A stretch of DNA of 63,953 nucleotides, counting the filler, from Octopus bimaculoides (taxonomy: Eukaryota): assembly GCF_001194135.2 (NCBI RefSeq). It is 7 parts of 7 records of this genome, joined end to end, with 100 filler letters (N's around TTAATTAATTAA, not from the genome) between each part and the next. Parts side by side here need not be neighbours in the genome. Positions count along the whole stretch, not along the records: positions 23,740 to 30,169 come from NC_068989.1; positions 30,270 to 37,902 come from NC_069003.1; positions 38,003 to 52,052 come from NC_068988.1; 4 more parts are not named here. The stretch is one strand, 5' to 3'. The notes under the pieces are model-generated. The model worked only from the letters and a program-made list of their open reading frames with translations, was not told where the DNA came from and searched no databases. The position numbers and the translations under genes were made by a program. Positions 26,641 to 40,077 of this stretch are shown piece after piece. Positions within the stretch are counted from its first letter, which is position 1; each line of letters begins with the position of its first letter.

Positions 26641-27505
26641 ATATATATATTAGACAGAATCAGATAACAAGTCCAAGATTGTGAGGAGTTTTCAGGATAT
26701 TATTGTTTCTGGGACATTATGGATATCCCTTTATCAGAGACGGTGTGAGAAAATATTTGAGTTCGAATTATTGTGGAAAAGGAGGAGATAGGGAATATAG
26801 AGGGAAATAAGAGAATGAAAATAGAAATAAGATATGTAAAGATATTGTAGCTTCAGTTCCATTATTCGAGGAAAATGGTGAATAGAAATGGTTAAAAAGT
26901 TTCCTGTACATGGTATGTAAGTTCCAATAGCAGTTCATGTTTAGTCATTTCGAAGTATGGAGCCGTGGAATCAGTGTTGCTCGTTCGAAAGGGTTTTGCG
27001 GTGTGAATGAAAATTTGAGAATGTATTGGTAGTATTGTTGGAAAGATGGAAGGAGAGATGTATATGACTGGAAAGGTCAAATTTAAAACAGGAAGAGAAA
27101 ATGAGAGGAAGAAAGAGAGAAAATAGAAAAAAGGAAGGCAGAAAAAAACAAAGAGTGAAAAAAGTGAAGAAGGGGTGAAAGAAGTGAGAAAGAGAATGGT
27201 AGTTGGTGATCAAGATAATGTGTTGGAACAATGAGAGAGGTGTGGGGGAGGAATAGGAAGAGATGAGAAGGTAAGGGATAAAAGAATGTGAGATATGTGA
27301 CTAGGAGTGATATGACAGAGCTGCATTAACGGTTGGATAAAGGAAATGTAGAGAAAAGGTATGGGTGGGGTGATACCGAAGTGAGCAGTCTGATGAAGGG
27401 ATGTCCATAATATCCCAGGAACAGCTGTAAGACTATTTCATTATAAATGACCTGAAAACTCCTCACAGCCTTGGATTTGTTACCTCATTCTGTCTAATAT
27501 ATATA
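26641..27505. mobile_element. Non-coding Penelope-like derivative with inverted pseudo-LTRs, each carrying a degenerate hammerhead
   Basis: 26641-26741 and 27388-27505 are diverged inverted copies (ATATATTAGACAGAAT..GTGAGGAGTTTTCAGG..GGGACATTATGGATATCCC..TCAGA) flanking a strongly strand-biased purine-rich spacer. Confidence 0.65.
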
Positions 27506-27525
27506 CGTATATATATAAATACAGT

Positions 27526-27756
27526 GTACATTTAAACACATAAAAGGTATCCATCATAAGATTCCCACACGCTAGAAAAGAACAGCTAAGTTCCAAACCA
27601 TTATTAGGGATTAAATTTCGAAATACAGTGTACATTTAAACACATATTTTCCCTTCGAAATTTTATCCCTAATATTGGTTTGGAGCTTAGCTGTTCTGTT
27701 TGGAGCTTAGCGTGAGGGAATCATATGATGGATACCTCTTATGTATTTAAATGTAC
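27526..27756. mobile_element. Foldback/palindromic MITE-like element
   Basis: Roughly 95-bp arms (GTACATTTAAA..GGTATCCATCAT..AGAACAGCTAAG..AGGGAT.AAATTTCGAA and their reverse complement) around a ~30-bp loop. Confidence 0.75.
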
Positions 27757-28027
27757 GTTAGGCCCCTGGTAGTAGAAATTTCTAATATTTCTAATTACCC
27801 TTTTATATTATTAATTACTGATAACTTTTACTGGATAATTTTCGAATTTTAACGCCGGCATTTTTTATTTACTGCCGACAAGGAGCTGCGGTTGCGCGAT
27901 AGATTTGAAAATTAGAATGTTTAAGCATGGGGCATATACTGGATTGCCTCGTGTATATATGTTTAATCTAGATGTACCTGCTGATAAAGACTTCGCCTGG
28001 CAAATTATGTTTTTTTCGTAAATTCTC

Positions 28028-28076
<49 letters not shown>

Positions 28077-28545
28077 NNNNNNNNNNNNNNNNNNNNNNNN
28101 NNNNNNNNNNNNNNNNNNNNNNNNNNNNNNNNNNNNNNNNNNNNNNNNNNNNNNNNNNNNNNNNNNNNNNNNNNNNNNNNNNNNNNNNNNNNNNNNNNNN
28201 NNNNNNNNNNNNNNNNNNNNNNNNNNNNNNNNNNNNNNNNNNNNNNNNNNNNNNNNNNNNNNNNNNNNNNNNNNNNNNNNNNNNNNNNNNNNNNNNNNNN
28301 NNNNNNNNNNNNNNNNNNNNNNNNNNNNNNNNNNNNNNNNNNNNNNNNNNNNNNNNNNNNNNNNNNNNNNNNNNNNNNNNNNNNNNNNNNNNNNNNNNNN
28401 NNNNNNNNNNNNNNNNNNNNNNNNNNNNNNNNNNNNNNNNNNNNNNNNNNNNNNNNNNNNNNNNNNNNNNNNNNNNNNNNNNNNNNNNNNNNNNNNNNNN
28501 NNNNNNNNNNNNNNNNNNNNNNNNNNNNNNNNNNNNNNNNNNNNG

Positions 28546-30169
28546 AGGATGTCTAATTCCTTTTTGAAGACAGCTACTTCCACCTTATGCAAATTTCTTA
28601 ATTTTTGTGGCAGAGCATTGAAAAGCTGTGGGCCTCTGAACCCTAGATTATTGCAGTACCTGGTCCTGGATTTAAATGGAGTGGACGGTACCTTTGATTC
28701 ATTACAATGGCGGCCGGTTCTGGCATTTGTATAACACTCAATGCCAAAGTTAGGTACTAGCCCTTCTAGGATTTTCCATATGTATATTAATGCGTATCTG
28801 TCACGCCTTTGCTCCAAGGAGTAGAGCTGTAGTTTTCTCAGCCTATTCCTATAGCTCATCCACTGCACTGTTTCAATCTTTTTAGTGTAATGGCGTTGGG
28901 CTACTTCGAGCTCCGCTGTTAGTTTGGCACTATGTAGTGGCCATAACTGGGAACAGTAGTCCTGGCGGCTGAGAACAAAGGTTCTCCACAAGTTCGACAT
29001 AATTTCTTGGTCTCTTGTCTTGAAGGACCTCAGTATCCACCCTGCCAGTTGTCTGCACTTTGCTGCCATCTTGCTTATGTGCATATGAAATGATGCGTCA
29101 TTGCACATACTGATCCCCAAGTCTTTCACTGCCTAGGATTGTAGTGCCTTCGAGTCCTGTAAATGTACATTCTACTGTATTTGTACTGAGTTTATATTGC
29201 AGTACTTGAAATTTTCCAGCATTAAACTGCATGTTGTTAATTTCGGCCCACTTCTATACTGCGTTCAGGTCCGCTGTAAGCTTCTAACATCCTCTTGGAT
29301 TTTTACTGCCTGTGATAATTTTGTGTCATTAGCTTAGCTAGTGACAGTGACTGTCCGAGTGACTGTAGGCATGTCTAAGAGGGATATTATGAACAGTAAT
29401 GGCCCCAGAATAGTTCCCTGGGGGACACCACATACGATTTCAGTTTCTTCAGAAAGGGCGCCATTGGCTGCAACTGCCTGACTTTTGTTTTTAAGGAAGT
29501 CATGCAGCCACTCTTCCAGTTTACCAGTGATGCTAAGGTCTCGCAGCTTATGATAAATCATGCCATGATCTAACTTATCAAATGCCTTTCCAAAGTCAAG
29601 GTATATCACACTGACATCAGAAAGGTCAAGCAGCTGTTTCAAAACCCAGTCATAGTGCTGAAGGAGCTGTGTGAGGCAGCTTCTTCCTGGGCGGAAGCCA
29701 TGCTGAGTATTGTTCAGTAGGTCATTTTCTTGTAAGAACATTATCAACTTCTTTCTGAAGATTCATTCCATGACTTTACTCATATGCGAAGTCAGAGAGA
29801 TTGGTCTGTAGTTTTTGGCTTCTGCTCTGCTTTCACCTTTGTGGATAGGGCATATAATACCTTCTTTCAGCTTTTTAGGAAGTATAACCACTTGCAAGGA
29901 AACTTTGGAAAAGTATCTGAAGTGATTTCGCTAAAGCCTGCTTACATGACTTTAGGTGAATAGTTGGGAAGCCATCAGAACCAGTGAGGGAGCATAAACT
30001 CATTTCATCTATGGCCGCTATTACATCCGTTTCTTCAATGTTGATGCAATCGATGGCTGGCGCCTCCTTTTTCAGAGCTGCAATATCAAAGAATTCAGCT
30101 GGATTTTTTATTTGCATGTGTCCAGGGGGGGGGAGACACTTTTAAATTGTTCACTAAGTATATTTATAT
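28546..30169 (-). mobile_element. CR1-like LINE ORF2 reverse transcriptase and C-terminal domain (pseudogenised)
   Basis: QHGFRPGRSCLTQLL, VIYLDFGKAFDKLDH, GVPQGTILGPLLF, ANDTK (YADD-equivalent after a stop), KDLGI and DYCSQLWP...LYSLEQRRDRY; stops and frameshifts present. Confidence 0.93.
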
Positions 30170-30714
30170 NNNNNNNNNNNNNNNNNNNNNNNNNNNNNNN
30201 NNNNNNNNNNNNNTTAATTAATTAANNNNNNNNNNNNNNNNNNNNNNNNNNNNNNNNNNNNNNNNNNNNATTTGGTAACTTCAGGCAAATTCCTACTGTA
30301 TCACCTGCTACACTTCCGTTAGCCTGGGGTGGGTAGGGGTGAAGCCTTGAGTGCTCTTTTTCCTTGTTGCTGGGAGTGTCAACTATTCCCGGTATTGTAT
30401 TGCGTCACCTTTTTCAGATGTGGTGCAGTCTTTTGTTGTATTGTATGTGTGTCCGGCTTTCTGGATATTCATTGGATATTCGCTCTACAAAGTGTGTCTT
30501 ATCATTGATGAGGCTGATAAGATTTTTCCTAAGTGGACATCTGCTTTAAAGAATTGGAAAGTGGTTTGTGTTTGTTTTGCTGTCCTTGTTGATGTTGTAG
30601 GAGGCAGGTGCCGTTGTTGTTGTTATGAAAAGGAGCAGAGCGACTGAGTTGTAAACAATCTTAACACAGGATTGGTGTGAAGCACGTGTTGGAGACGGCG
30701 GCGGCGATTGTGAT

Positions 30715-30910
30715 GGGCGCAGTAGCGATCTTCAAGCATTGTCTCTGGCTCTGCTCGTATTTCATTAAATTTCTCAGCCAGCTTTCTATGTGTTCCTGTT
30801 AGGTATTTCAACCAGAAGTTGGGGATCTTGTCATGCCCGGGTGCCTTCCACTTGCTTAGTTTTTGCAGTGCCTGGGTAACCTCTTCAGTTGTTATAGGGG
30901 CTATAGAGTA
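30715..30910 (-). mobile_element. R4/Dong-clade non-LTR fragment (region just N-terminal to RT)
   Basis: ITTEEVTQALQKLSKWKAPGHDKIPNFWLKYLTGTHRKLAEKFNEI contains the WKAPGxD motif. Confidence 0.75.
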
Positions 30911-31623
30911 AATTATTGAAATGCCCCAGCCTGACCAGACTCACTCATAGTTGCTTCTTCTATGAACTTACTGACCCCCCTCCCACCCACCTAATTACCA
31001 GACCCTCACCGATGCTTACTTCTTTGAACTGTGACTCTTAAATATTTCATCCGTCCATGACTTCCCCACAAAATACTACTAGCTACTGCTGAAGACAGAC
31101 GGGGCCACGTTAGGAAGGACTTCAAAACATTACGACCGATGTCCTTTATCGTCCGACCATCTTATGAAAGGACTCCAGCGACAATGCCTGGGTGTCGAAA
31201 GGGGTGGGCTTGAATGGAGATGCATCACACTAAGCAAGTTTAAGAGAGCAAAGGACGTAGTAGTACCGGTATATCAGAGTGTATGAGGAGGTTTTGAAGA
31301 TGTGAGATTGTATGAGGCTGATAAGATTGTTCGAAGTGGACATTTGCTTTAAGTACTTGAGAAGTGGTTTGTGTTTGTTTTGCTGTCGTCGTCGTCGTTG
31401 TTGTTGTTGTTATGAAGTGCTAAAGAGTAACAAAGGATTGGTGGGAAGCAGGTGCTGGAGACGGCGACGGTGAAGGTAGTGGTGGTAGCGGTGGTTTTGT
31501 CAGCAGTGCTAAAAGTAGGTGGTGTTTGTAGTGGAAGAGCTGATGGCGGCGGCAGCGATGATGAAACAGTAGTGGTGGCGGCAGTGGTGGTTGTGTTGAC
31601 AGTGGTGGGGGGTGTCAAAGGTC

Positions 31624-33425
31624 TCACGGAGTATTCTTCTCAAGTACCAGTCCCAATATTCTCGTTTTCCCTAATAAAGCAGCTTTCTGCGCATGTCTAC
31701 CCCAAGTGCTCCAATACATTTCTCAAACCCCGTTGTTAATGCTTCTAATACCCTTACAACTACTGGGATGGCAGTTACTTTCTTCATTGCCCACATTCGT
31801 GCAATCTCATCTTTTTCTAGTTCGTGTTCCTCAATCTTTTCCAGTTCTTTATCCGCCACTCGCACATCTCCAGGTTTGGCAATATCCAAGATCTTCGCTT
31901 CCGTCATCATTTCATCAACTACAACAACGTCTGCTTTCCAAGAATCAATCACTGAATCGCAATTGCAAAATCCCGTAAGTTCTTATTCTCCATATTCTCG
32001 GAGACACCTTCTCACTTGTGCTCATACCATTCCAGTGTCCTTTCAAGATCCTATTTCTCACACAATCTCCAATGAACATACTTAGCTACATTATTATGCC
32101 TCCTTTTCTGTTCCTTTTGAGCTCACAATATGTGAGATTGCTTCAGTTTTGATGCCACACAACCTAGAAAAACGCAATTCAATACTCCTATCTTAGTGTA
32201 ATTAATTCTTAATGCATATTCCTGGGCGCTGCATATACATGCCCCAGTACATCTTTTCAAATCACTTTTCCTTAGCGACGTCCAGGTGCTGGTCTTGACT
32301 TTCCCTTCAATTTCTCTCAGGTATTACCTAAGCATCGTTTTCATTTTCCAGTTGTTTAGTCTTTGTTCCCCATCTTGTTGCTTTGTTTTCGGTGTGTCAC
32401 GTTTTCATTGGGTATCATGCTACTGTTTCTAAAGACAATAACTAAAGGTTAAACCTGTTGTTTGACGTACCATCTGAGACTGTTTACCGTTTTGAGAGCA
32501 CAAACCTTGCGTCCTATGAGGCTTTTCCCTCCCTTGTACTTAAGCACATACAGTCTTTCGATATCTCTTTCACGGGTCAGTTCCTTGTTTAATGTCATCG
32601 CCTTACAGCCTTCAATAGACTCGGACCATTTAGCTTTGACTTCATTAGCTTCCAAACCCTTCTGATGTACTCCTCAATTTTCGTTTACATTTCTATAGTT
32701 AGTACTCTGTCAGATTATAATACTCCTTATAACTCTCTCCACTTTTCAATGATTTTAATGTCTGGCCATCTGGTAATTGGATGCCTTCACTGTTGACTAT
32801 TTGTTCCCTTCTCATGACTAACATTGCGCACTTATCAATGCCAAATTATATGACTATATCTTTGCTGAAGAGTCTTGCAGTCTGTATTAAGGAATCCATC
32901 TCTTTTTCATTCTTACTAAAAAGCTTCAGATTATCCATGTAGAACAAATGGTTAATTTTTCCATTACTATTTCTGAACTGATACCCAGCCTTTGTCTCCC
33001 TTAGTACTAAACTGAGGGGGATCAAAGATAAATATTAAAGGGGACAACGAATCCCTTGGAAAATTCCTTTTTTGATATTAACATTCTCTAAGAGTGTATC
33101 ACCTGAGTAGAGATCGACTTTCCATTTCTTCATGCTAAAGCTAATTAATTCTCTTATGTTGTCTGTTATACTGAATATATTCAGACATTCACTTATCCAT
33201 GAGTGTGAGATCATGTCATAGGCTTTCCTATAATCTATCCATGTTATTGTTAGGTTTTTCTTTCTAGCTTTTACTTCATTTAGAACTGCTTTGTCTATAT
33301 ATAATAGATCATGCGTTCCTCTTGCTTTCTCCCTGCAACCTTTCGGTTTTTCTGGTAGTAGATTCTGGCTGAAAAGGTGCTCGTAAATGCTTTCTGAAAG
33401 CTTTCATACTCCAGATCCTTGCAAT
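31624..33425 (-). mobile_element. R4/Dong-clade non-LTR retrotransposon, 5'-truncated (RT, decayed CCHC knuckle, restriction-like endonuclease)
   Basis: WIDYRKAYDMISHSW, KGIFQGDSLSPL, INHLFYMDNLKLF; CGIKTEAISHIVS..RRHNNVAKYVHW; KADVVVVD..ILDIAKPGD.RV..KELEK; KAALLGKTRIL; disrupted by stops and frameshifts. Confidence 0.9.
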
Positions 33426-35430
33426 TTCAAATTGTAAAGGATGTTATTTATTGTTATTTTTGTTGTCATTGTTATTCGTATGATATTATAGTCCAATGGC
33501 AGCCGAATGAAATTGTTACTGAATGGTTTCATGCCAAGAATGGCGAGACATATTTAATAATAATCGGACATCGCTGAATGAAAATGCATAGCTTAGGATC
33601 TTTGGTACCGGTGGCTTGAAAACGCCACCTCCACCTCCAGCCCACAAAATACTGTAAAGAAAAATATGCAATGTTCTTTCTCTCACACACGCACGTTGCA
33701 AAACTTACAGATGGGTTGCTGAACTGAAATCTTTATGATGCTTTGAGGGGAAGGTAAAACTTGACAAACTGCCACTCCATCTGTTTTTGGACTACCGTGA
33801 TGTTTGTTTGAAAAAGATTATAAATGTAATAAAATAATGAAAACAATATTTACCAAGCAAGTGAGCACTATTATACAAAGAAATAATTAGACATAAAATA
33901 TAAAAATTATTAGAATTGGGAATCAAATGAGAAAATACCCCAGCCCCCAAAATACTGTAAAGAAATTCACGCAGTCAGACTAGCGGCAAAAGAAGAAGCA
34001 TCGGAGTTATGTCCCTTAGATTAGTGCATTTTTTTTGTCAGTGAAGGGAGAGAATTGATTCACTTAATCCTAGTACTTGATCGACGCTAATTTTTGTTAC
34101 GAGAGCAGATCGAATGTCGAAGGGAGGTAATTCCGTNNNNNNNNNNNNNNNNNNNNNNNNNNNNNNNNNNNNNNNNNNNNNNNNNNNNNNNNNNNNNNNN
34201 NNNNNNNNNNNNNNNNNNNNNNNNNNNNNNNNNNNNNNNNNNNNNNNNNNNNNNNNNNNNNNNNNNNNNNNNNNNNNNNNNNNNNNNNNNNNNNNNNNNN
34301 NNNNNNNNNNNNNNNNNNNNNNNNNNNNNNNNNNNNNNNNNNNNNNNNNNNNNNNNNNNNNNNNNNNNNNNNNNNNNNNNNNNNNNNNNNNNNNNNNNNN
34401 NNNNNNNNNNNNNNNNNNNNNNNNNNNNNNNNNNNNNNNNNNNNNNNNNNNNNNNNNNNNNNNNNNNNNNNNNNNNNNNNNNNNNNNNNNNNNNNNNNNN
34501 NNNNNNNNNNNNNNNNNNNNNNNNNNNNNNNNNNNNNNNNNNNNNNNNNNNNNNNNNNNNNNNNNNNNNNNNNNNNNNNNNNNNNNNNNNNNNNNNNNNN
34601 NNNNNNNNNNNNNNNNNNNNNNNNNNNNNNNNNNNNNNNNNNNNNNNNNNNNNNNNNNNNNNNNNNNNNNNNNNNNNNNNNNNNNNNNNNNNNNNNNNNN
34701 NNNNNNNNNNNNNNNNNNNNNNNNNNNNNNNNNNNNNNNNNNNNNNNNNNNNNNNNNNNNNNNNNNNNNNNNNNNNNNNNNNNNNNNNNNNNNNNNNNNN
34801 NNNNNNNNNNNNNNNNNNNNNNNNNNNNNNNNNNNNNNNNNNNNNNNNNNNNNNNNNNNNNNNNATACATCTGTTTCAGTAATTTGACTACGGCCATGCT
34901 GGAATGCCGCCTTGCATATATATTGAAAATTCCAGAAAAAACATTTCACTAGGTGAATTGTAGTAAAATTATAAAACGAAAGAAAATGTACAGAATGTTT
35001 ACGTAAAAAAAAAATTTATGAAAAAAAATATTTCCATAGTCAACCGATTTAGCCAATGCTAATCATGACTAAGTAGTTAGTGATAATGATATAGCTATAT
35101 AGCTATAACATATCACTAATTACCTAGTCTTGATTAGCATATGTGAAACCAGTCCACTATGTAAATATACACATATAGATACGTGTCTAAACAAGAAAGG
35201 GTTTGCTGTAAAACCGAATCGTTTCTACTACATACCTATTTAGCGACAGTCAGAGCAAGAAAGTCGACAGTATAGACGCATGTAAGGATTGATGTCACAT
35301 TCGCCCCTTCTGGCCTAGGTGGCACATTGAGTGTACCCACCAAAGCAAGCTGCAAACGAGTAAGTAAACAGTAATTCTAATAAGGTGTTTCTTACGAAAT
35401 CACAATAAAGGCATTTAATGAGGGGGGGAA

Positions 35431-35553
<123 letters not shown>

Positions 35554-35809
35554 TGTGTAAACAATTAGATGGACCCCATTTACTTGCCTGCTAACATATT
35601 TTATAGCCCTTAGAATTTTAAGAGCAGAGTTCAAGAAACTGTGTGTGTGTTTGTGTGTGTGTGTATGTGTGTGTGCGTGTCATTGCTGAAATCGCTCATG
35701 CAACTTGTTTGTGTATATATCAGCTTAGTGATATCGCGAAGTATTTTATTCACGGCTCCTTCAATATTATCACCCACCACAGCCTCAATCATCACTACCA
35801 CAATTATGA

Positions 35810-35820
35810 TGACAATAATG

Positions 35821-35875
<55 letters not shown>

Positions 35876-36196
35876 TTTTTCTTTCTGTCTCTGTTCCCCC
35901 TTTTCTCTATTACATGACTTTGTAAACGAACAATATGGCGCGTTTATTTTACTGGCCTACCAATGTGTACAGTGCGTTTCTCTGCCCTTGGTGAGAGGAG
36001 GTCACTCGGCAAGAAATGGAAACAGAATTGAAAGATGATGATAATGAAAACAACAACAACAACAACAACAGCAGCAACAACAATAACAACAACAATAATA
36101 ATAATAATAATAATAATAATAATCATAATAATAATAATAATAACAATAATAATAATAATAATAGGAAGAAGAAGAAGAACATTAACAATAATAATA
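35810..36196. repeat. (AAT)n/(AAC)n trinucleotide arrays
   Basis: Arrays at ~35815-35870 and ~36040-36196. Confidence 0.95.
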
Positions 36197-37423
36197 ATGA
36201 TAATAACACAACCTACAAGATCCTTACATCCATGTTAACTGACAGAATATACGCTTTCCTTCAACAGGAATCTATCCTTCGACAAGTTCAAAGAGGCTGT
36301 AAAAGGAATTGTTATGTGTGCAAAGATCAATTATTCATAGGTAAAATGATTGTAGAGAATTGCCGGAGCTAAAAGAAAGTATGGCATGGATAGACTACAG
36401 GAAAGCGTTTGATAGTGTCCCACATAATTGGATACTCAAGGCCCTTGAGATATATAAGATCTCTCCTGTCGTCTCCAAATTCTTAAAAGGTAGCATAGTC
36501 AAGTGGAACATGCATCTCCTTTTAAACCATAGTGATGGGATGAGCCAAATTAACAACATCAACATTAAATGAGGTATCTTTCAAGGTGAGTCCCTATCCC
36601 CATTAATCTTTTGCATGGCATTAATTCCACTCTCAAACGAACTAAATAACGCCAGGTATGGGTTCAGAGTTTGTAATACTACAATAAACCATTTGTTTTA
36701 TATGGACGATTTGAAGCTGTTTCCTAGGAATGACGAAGAGCTAGCAGGGCTGTTAACAACTGTTAGAGAGTTCAGCAACGACATTGGGATAGATTTTGGT
36801 CTTGATAAGTGTACTAAAGCAACTTTTGTAAGAGGCAAGCTCAGGAAAACAGCTTCCATTAAATTAGATACCGACACTACCACCAAGGAGCCTGACCCAC
36901 AGGAAGATTACGAATACCTGGGGATAAACGAAGGAGATGGTATGCAACATGCTACTATGAATTAAAATCCCTGGCACTTCCAGTAGTCCAATATAGTTTT
37001 AACAGCCAACGCCTGGACAGGAAGACAAAAAAACTACTAACATCTAAGAACATGCACCACACAAAAGCGGACGTTGATCGTCTGTACCTATTTAGAAGTA
37101 ATAGGGGAAGAGAAATGATGCAGGTAGAAATGTGTTATAGGACCTCCACAATAGCAATGAACAGGTCCTTATCTAGTAGAGAGGGCTGGATGTTGCGGCT
37201 TGTGTGCAAGCACGAAAGCAACAAAAAGCTTACATCTATTGTCAAGGAAGCTTGCAATTTCGGAAGGGAACTTAGGATTAACCCTGAATTAGATGAAGAA
37301 CCTGAAACGACTGTCACCTCTATGTTAGCCCGCATGGGAAATAAAAAAACAGAACCTGAAACGACTGCCACGAAGAAAGCAAAACGGATCAAGCAGACCG
37401 TGAAAAAGAACGGGCAGAAATAA
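36196..37423 (+). mobile_element. R4/Dong-clade RT fragment
   Basis: TTYKILTSML..QRGCKRNC..CKDQL, AWIDYRKAFDSVPHNW, GIFQGESLSPLIF, INHLFYMDDLKLF, FGLDKC, YEYLGI and KADVDRLYL; begins directly after an (AAT/AAC)n array. Confidence 0.92.
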
Positions 37424-37439
37424 ACTGAGGAGAAGTGGA

Positions 37440-37627
37440 GCCAGAATGTCCAGGGTGGGGATAAGTCAATTACGTCGACACGAAAATTCAACTGGTGCTT
37501 ACTTTAACGACCCCGAAAGGATGAAAGAAAAATGTACCTCGGCAGAATTTGACCTCAAATCGTGAAGACAGACGAAATACCGCTAAAAATTTTGCCCGGC
37601 GTGCTAACGGTTCATCGATCGGCCACC
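37440..37627 (-). mobile_element. tRNA-derived SINE family B (Meta-domain-like)
   Basis: Reverse complement of the GTTAGCACGCCGGGCAAA..GCGGTATTTCGTCTG..TTTCATCCTTTCGGGGTCG family also seen at 50410 and 60437. Confidence 0.8.
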
Positions 37628-38008
37628 CTGTCATCATTCATATCATATTAAATAGACAATGCCTGTATTGTTTAACACCAAATGGATTCCATTTCCCTTT
37701 GAGGGTGGGGTGTAGAGATTTTATTGTAAGAACACAATGAATTCAAACGGGATTTTTGCCGTTCAAGTTTTACGCGCGCGCGCGCACACACACGCATACA
37801 CACACACACACACACACACATATAGCTTGCGAGAAACTCCGAGTAATCTACTCAGCGTTCCCAAATCAACAGCAATCCCAAACGGCCATTTATAAAATTC
37901 CCNNNNNNNNNNNNNNNNNNNNNNNNNNNNNNNNNNNNNNNNNNNNTTAATTAATTAANNNNNNNNNNNNNNNNNNNNNNNNNNNNNNNNNNNNNNNNNN
38001 NNTATATA

Positions 38009-38058
<50 letters not shown>

Positions 38059-38269
38059 TATATACTTTATTTAAACTTTATTTTTGGGGCTACAGCTTAT
38101 TCAACCAAATAACCCACAATAAAATATCCTTCTCAAAATGAATTTTATAACGCATTTGACACAAATTGAAGCTTAACATCACAACATTTGCTGATAGTAA
38201 AATCCTTATCCAGCAATAAAATTTCTGTTGTTATTCTTAAACTTGCTTTAAAATATTCAGCTTCAAATT

Positions 38270-38302
38270 TGACATGTATAATATATATATATATATATAT
38301 AC

Positions 38303-38350
<48 letters not shown>

Positions 38351-38362
38351 ATGTGTGTGTAT

Positions 38363-38396
<34 letters not shown>

Positions 38397-38910
38397 GTGT
38401 GTGTGTATGTGTGTGTATCAACACACACATGTATAATTGATATATAAACACGCACACATGTATGTTTGTATGTGTATATATATATATGTACATCAATCTA
38501 TGATCACATGGAAATATGGTTATTAAAAGAACAAACCAACCTACAACGGATATGTATACATGTGTGTTTATGTGTGTGCACGTGCACATTTATGTAGATA
38601 TGTATATCGAGACATACACATGTTTACATGCAAATATGATCATGTGGCATGCTGATGTGTGATATAGACATAGAAACAGCAATAATATTCATGTAATATT
38701 CCTTTGTGTCTAACATTTTGTCCTTTTGAAGCGATGGAGGCCCTGAAAATTCAATAATCACCTTTGATGCTCAGTACAATTTTTGACTATTTTTTTATGT
38801 GTATACAAGTGTATAATAGCTTACATATGCATTCATCAGTCTAACTATATGTTGGTTAATACACACATACATGCTCCACACACACTTACAAATATACATA
38901 TATACATCTG

Positions 38911-38953
<43 letters not shown>

Positions 38954-38965
38954 GTGTACATATAT

Positions 38966-39031
<66 letters not shown>

Positions 39032-39232
39032 ACATATGTACAAAGGGGCACACACTCACACACAAATATACACCATACACCAATGTAAGTGTGCACATGT
39101 GATTATCCCTATGAGCATAGGTGGATAATTTCTTTTCATATTTATTTGAATACATATATACATATATATATATATATGTATGTATATACATATATATATA
39201 TGTATGTATATACATATATATATATATGTATG

Positions 39233-39266
<34 letters not shown>

Positions 39267-39784
39267 CATATATATATATATGTATGTATATACATATATA
39301 TATATATGTATGTATATACATATATATATATANNNNNNNNNNNNNNNNNNNNNNNNNNNNNNNNNNNNNNNNNNNNNNNNNNNNNNNNNNNNNNNNNNNN
39401 NNNNNNNNNNNNNNNNNNNNNNNNNNNNNNNNNNNNNNNNNNNNNNNNNNNNNNNNNNNNNNNNNNNNNNNNNNNNNNNNNNNNNNNNNNNNNNNNNNNN
39501 NNNNNNNNNNNNNNNNNNNNNNNNNNNNNNNNNNNNNNNNNNNNNNNNNNNNNNNNNNNNNNNNNNNNNNNNNNNNNNNNNNNNNNNNNNNNNNNNNNNN
39601 NNNNNNNNNNNNNNNNNNNNNNNNNNNNNNNNNNNNNNNNNNNNNNNNNNNNNNNNNNNNNNNNNNNNNNNNNNNNNNNNNNNNNNNNNNNNNNNNNNNN
39701 NNNNNNNNNNNNNNNNNNNNNNNNNNNNNNNNNNNNNNNNNNNNNNNNNNNNNNNNNNNNNNNNNNNNNNNNNNNNNNNNNNNN

Positions 39785-39870
<86 letters not shown>

Positions 39871-40005
39871 CATAGTGAAGTATATTTGCCACTTAAATGT
39901 GGCTGACCCCTCGTTCAGAGATTTAACATATATATACATAATTATACATATATATATATTATATATATATATATACATATGTATATTTATATATATATAT
40001 TATAT

Positions 40006-40077
<72 letters not shown>

